Made by a program: the position numbers and the translations under genes. A DNA stretch of 53,288 nucleotides, taken from Rickettsia typhi (GTDB lineage Bacteria; Pseudomonadota; Alphaproteobacteria; Rickettsiales; JABSSG01). Positions 50,401 through 53,288 of the stretch are shown piece by piece. How positions within the stretch are numbered: position 1 is the first letter of the stretch; the number at the start of each line of letters is the position of its first letter. The notes below the pieces were generated by a model. That model had not been told where the DNA came from. It did no database searches and saw nothing but the letters and a program-made list of their open reading frames with translations. The stretch is from contig CAMDPW010000004.1 of the NCBI GenBank assembly GCA_945905715.1, forward strand, positions 1-53,288. The letters run 5' to 3'.

Positions 50401-52198
50401 AGCATTTAATCATATGCATATTTTTGTTGATCCAAATCCAGATCAAGCAGTAAGTTTCAAAGAAAGACAGCGGTTATTCTGTCTGCCTAGATCTACTTGG
50501 GCGGATTATAAGAAAGAACTTATTTCTCAAGGAGGAGGTGTATTTGAAAGGAGTGCAAAAACCATTAGAGTATCTTCACAAATAATGCAATTATTATCAT
50601 TAGAGCACGATGTAGTAGATCCTGATAGTATAGTCCGGAGTATTCTTACCGCTCAAGTAGATTTACTATGGAACGGAGGCATCGGTACATATGTAAAAGC
50701 TTCTACAGAAACAAACGAACAAATAGGCAACAAAGAGAACGATTCAGTAAGAATTAATGGTAAAGATTTGCGCTGCAAGGTTGTTGCTGAGGGTGGCAAT
50801 TTAGGCTTTACTCAGTTAGCACGCATTGAGTATGAGTTTTATGGCGGTAAAGTCAATACTGACTTCATTGATAATTCTGCTGGTGTTGATTGCTCTGATC
50901 ATGAGGTAAATATAAAAATTGCACTAAGTGCCGCAGTTGCTAGTAGCAATTTATCATTAGATGCTAGAGATAAAATGTTGATTGATATGACTGATGAAGT
51001 TGCAGCATTAGTGCTTTATGACAATACAATCCAGAATCAATCTTTATCAATTTCATCTGCACACAGTGTCGTTATGTTTGAGTCATATGTGAGACTAATG
51101 CGCAAATTAGAAATAGACAAGATGCTTGATCGCAAAATAGAATTTTTGCCAAATGATGACATTATAAATAATAGAATAGATACTAATCGCGGTTTCACTA
51201 GACCGGAAATAGCAGTGTTGATGTCGTATAGTAAAATGATTATCGATAAAAATTTGTTTAAATCTCAATTTCCTGACGACTCGTATTGCAAAAAATACTT
51301 GATTTCTTACTTTCCAAGTCAAATGCAAAAGTATCATTTAAATGAAATTCTTAATCATCAATTGCGTCGTGAAATAGTGTCTACTGTTGTAGCAAATAAG
51401 TTAGTTAATCATTTAGGTAGTTATTTTTTCCATGTGGCACAAGAATATACAGGATTAAGTGGTTGCGATATCGCGCGAGCATTTTGTGTGGTTTGGGAGA
51501 TTTTTGATTTAGAACAATTATGGTATGAAATAGAGCAGTCAGATTGTCACATTAAGAGTAAATTATTTGACATGATTCAATCTTTTGTTCAAACCTCTAT
51601 TTATTGGTTTTTACGCCATAAGACTCAAATGCTGAATATTGCAAAGGTGATTGAAGAGTTTAAGACTGAAGCCCATTCTTTAATTGTCAATATTGATAAA
51701 TTATTAACTGGCGATATCAAAAATCAATTTACAGAAAAATATGAATACTGTCGCAATAGTAACTTACCCGCGCAACTAGCAAAACAGTTAGCTGGATTGA
51801 ATATTTTATATTCTGCTATGGATATTATTTTGGTGGCTACATCATGTTCACTACCAGCCACTCAAGCATCATCGGTTTATTTTGCAGTCGGTGATAGATT
51901 CCATCTAGATTGGTTAAAAAACGCTGCTGATCAGTTATCAGCTAATACATATTGGAAAAGAATGCTCATTAAAACTATTAAAGATGATATTTATGATCAT
52001 CAACGCAGATTAACTGCAGAAATTATTAGATCTTCTGATAAAGATCTGCGTAAAAATGTTTCAGAATGGATCAAAGCAAATACTAAAAAAGTAGATATTT
52101 TTGATAAGTTTATTATTTCAATCAAAACCATGTCTGAATTGAATTCTGATCAGTTGGTGGTGGCAACTAAACAGACTGAAATTTTAACTAATAACTAA
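47447..52198 (+). CDS. gdhB: Large NAD-specific glutamate dehydrogenase
   Basis: 1583 aa; DDMPFLVDS, GIHLRGGKVARGGIRWSDR, VVAADKGTATFSD, GIGDMSGDVFGNG, DNSAGVDCSDHEVNIKI. Confidence 0.95.
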   Translation: MVSTEGIKQEILARLSKRANNNELLQAFVHSFYSYTSLDYNDDYDIEGLIDIAIESFEYFKHRTLGKHQIHISNAVIASGNNIEDYTIVKIVNDDMPFLVDSVTGLIKKKHQIRQFINTLLSVERDKNGNIVSINKEKHAKPNESFLYIKLKPIKDSALANRLSIELSYVLNQVRSSVTDWHAMLKAVEQTLAWFSNDKDENSVFLQWVGNGNFTFTGYREYALSDRGKETKIIYDKKTDLGILRGEDQDLSNDIIEDVFVANDFFHNNNDVITINKIRTISKVHRYVSTDYICVLHKQNNDQLIARIFLGLFVSKLDYQSVLTIPLIKNKVLSVMQRAGFDKASFLGKELFSIVETLPRDELFQLIEEDLFQTSMKVLSCLNNPRLLAFARATQCKNFLNVLVFFPESRVTSDVVDKVRNVVKAFIPGKIIHQVLKISSMALAYVYLVIRVKDNTKLDLDLSVIERNLDVVTSLWNEKLGFYIEKQFGKANLNTLLSVYNKAFPANYHINFTVENAVEDIVYVERLKDSQDILFNLYQESNAKKNYFSLKIYNVGSKIELFKIMPIIENLGFQSIEENIFVLDFAKFGLPVFIQQFSLYVSNKKTFNQDDIKQNIEEAIAVVFQGKLKNDHINSLILLAGLEWRQVFLLSAYCRYIMQIKFPYSQEYICLVLVKHAFLTKHLVELFYYMFNIDLEAKSDLSKLKYKIKCDLDKILDSVEDKVIRKFLDLINNTLRTNYFQTNDSGNQKNYISLKLSSSTIPDLPQPRPFVEIFVYSSRMEGIHLRGGKVARGGIRWSDRSEDYRTEVLGLMKAQMTKNSIIIPVGSKGGFLVKNAKQFTSKDEYFAEGVECYKTLLRGMLDITDNIIDRKVVHPKNVVCLDDDDPYLVVAADKGTATFSDIANHVSKEYNFWLGDAFASGGSAGYDHKKIGITAKGAWISVLEHFKSLGIHHDRDTFTVTGIGDMSGDVFGNGLLLSPNIRLVAAFNHMHIFVDPNPDQAVSFKERQRLFCLPRSTWADYKKELISQGGGVFERSAKTIRVSSQIMQLLSLEHDVVDPDSIVRSILTAQVDLLWNGGIGTYVKASTETNEQIGNKENDSVRINGKDLRCKVVAEGGNLGFTQLARIEYEFYGGKVNTDFIDNSAGVDCSDHEVNIKIALSAAVASSNLSLDARDKMLIDMTDEVAALVLYDNTIQNQSLSISSAHSVVMFESYVRLMRKLEIDKMLDRKIEFLPNDDIINNRIDTNRGFTRPEIAVLMSYSKMIIDKNLFKSQFPDDSYCKKYLISYFPSQMQKYHLNEILNHQLRREIVSTVVANKLVNHLGSYFFHVAQEYTGLSGCDIARAFCVVWEIFDLEQLWYEIEQSDCHIKSKLFDMIQSFVQTSIYWFLRHKTQMLNIAKVIEEFKTEAHSLIVNIDKLLTGDIKNQFTEKYEYCRNSNLPAQLAKQLAGLNILYSAMDIILVATSCSLPATQASSVYFAVGDRFHLDWLKNAADQLSANTYWKRMLIKTIKDDIYDHQRRLTAEIIRSSDKDLRKNVSEWIKANTKKVDIFDKFIISIKTMSELNSDQLVVATKQTEILTNN

Positions 52199-52291
52199 TT
52201 TAGCTTGACGTTATCATGAGATAGATTATCGCGAAAATTATGGACAAAAAGACGTAGTTTCGCATGATTTTTTTAAAGTTAAGGGGTAGTA

Positions 52292-52972
52292 GTGGAAGGT
52301 GTAGGCATTAGATTAAAGCGCGCAAGAGAAAGTTGCGGACTGGAATTGTCAACAATTGCTTACGACCTAAAGATTCGCCCACAATATCTGGCTGCATTAG
52401 AAAATAACATTCATACCAATAATGATGTTTATACGCTTGGTTATCTTAAATTGTATGCTAATTATCTAAGTGTAGATGTAGATCAATATATTAAAAAAAT
52501 AAAGAAGACCACAAATACAGAGTTTTATTCTATTGAAAAAGTCATTACTGAACAATCAAAACCACCTTTCCTTACGATCGTTGTAGCAGTGCTATGTTTG
52601 GTTTTTTCGGTAATTTTACTGAGAGCTTTGAATCATACCAGTTTTCCTAAGAATGCGACGATGACACAACAAGGCCAACTTGCTGAGTTTAGTAGTTCAG
52701 CGCAACTTTTTTTAGTCGGTAAGAATAAATTTATTTTAGAAAACACAAGCGAAAGCAAGCCGCTAATTATTCTTTTAGCACAAGCTGATAGCAATATTAT
52801 CATAGAAGACAATCGAGGAGAAAATTTACAGAAATTTCATCTTAAACAAGGTGAATCACGAGTATTACCTACAAGTGAGTATCTTGTTATTATTGTAGAT
52901 ATGCCTAATGCAACAGAATTTTATGAATTTTCATCAGTTACTATGAGTCGCAAAAAACTAGCAGCAAAATAA
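52292..52972 (+). CDS. rodZ: RodZ-like HTH membrane protein
   Basis: G.RLKRARE..GL....IA..LKIR..YLAALE, Y.LGYLKLYANYL, a single TM segment and a periplasmic C-terminal domain. Confidence 0.8.
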   Translation: MEGVGIRLKRARESCGLELSTIAYDLKIRPQYLAALENNIHTNNDVYTLGYLKLYANYLSVDVDQYIKKIKKTTNTEFYSIEKVITEQSKPPFLTIVVAVLCLVFSVILLRALNHTSFPKNATMTQQGQLAEFSSSAQLFLVGKNKFILENTSESKPLIILLAQADSNIIIEDNRGENLQKFHLKQGESRVLPTSEYLVIIVDMPNATEFYEFSSVTMSRKKLAAK

Positions 52973-53288
52973 ATTATATGACTGTACTAGATTGAGCCAC
53001 ACCTCTAGTTTTTATAGATCCACCAGGATTAGACTGGAGGTGTAGGTTGTAACTCATCTTTTTGGCCTTTAACAACAACTACTTGCCTCAAGTTGGAACG
53101 AAAATCTCCTAAATTTTAAGAAAATCTCTTGTTTTTACTATACATCATTTAATTTTGCTAACTTACAGACTGAGATTATACGTATCTAGCATATCTTTCT
53201 TACAAACGAACTAATAAATTACAAAAACAAACTTGTTTGCTTATATTGTATTAGCCGTTCTGAATATATTTGTATGATAACAGAATTT

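Noticed and set aside
708-51337. Many short track ORFs antisense to or out of frame within core genes (e.g. 3131-3568, 8214-8717, 28372-28740, 29422-29793, 38416-38844)
   Set aside because: Shadow ORFs fully inside well-supported genes, with no recognisable motifs.

Overview
An AT-rich (roughly one-third G+C, by eye) core-chromosome segment of an intracellular alphaproteobacterium. Rickettsiales is inferred from a stand-alone degenerate VirB4 of the RvhB4-II type, the large NAD-glutamate dehydrogenase and the gene order. kdsB and murC/murB/ddl imply LPS and peptidoglycan synthesis. Most of the window is housekeeping: rpmF-plsX-fabH-ihfA-merR-queF, bamE, virB4-II, nrdAB-yajQ, tatC-serS, kdsB, tRNA-Lys, an unbroken nuoA-N operon with birA-rnj-ygfZ, ftsQ-ddl-murB-murC-acpS-rel-rpoZ-folD-FNR, lgt-xerC-mnmE, gdhB and rodZ. 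The main accessory element is a ~2.3 kb decayed islet (about 41.7-44.05 kb). It holds an orphan WHH (HNH/EndoVII) nuclease toxin domain coupled to a frameshifted SMI1/KNR4 (SUKH) immunity gene with an extra C-terminal domain, flanked by IS4-like, resolvase-HTH and other gene remnants. Other notable signals are an intact BirA ORF that has lost its catalytic glycine motifs, a CtrA-consensus box in front of a 95-aa orphan gene, tandem NrdR boxes, an IS6 remnant and an unexplained 1.15 kb spacer. All calls come from motif recognition by eye; no searches were run.
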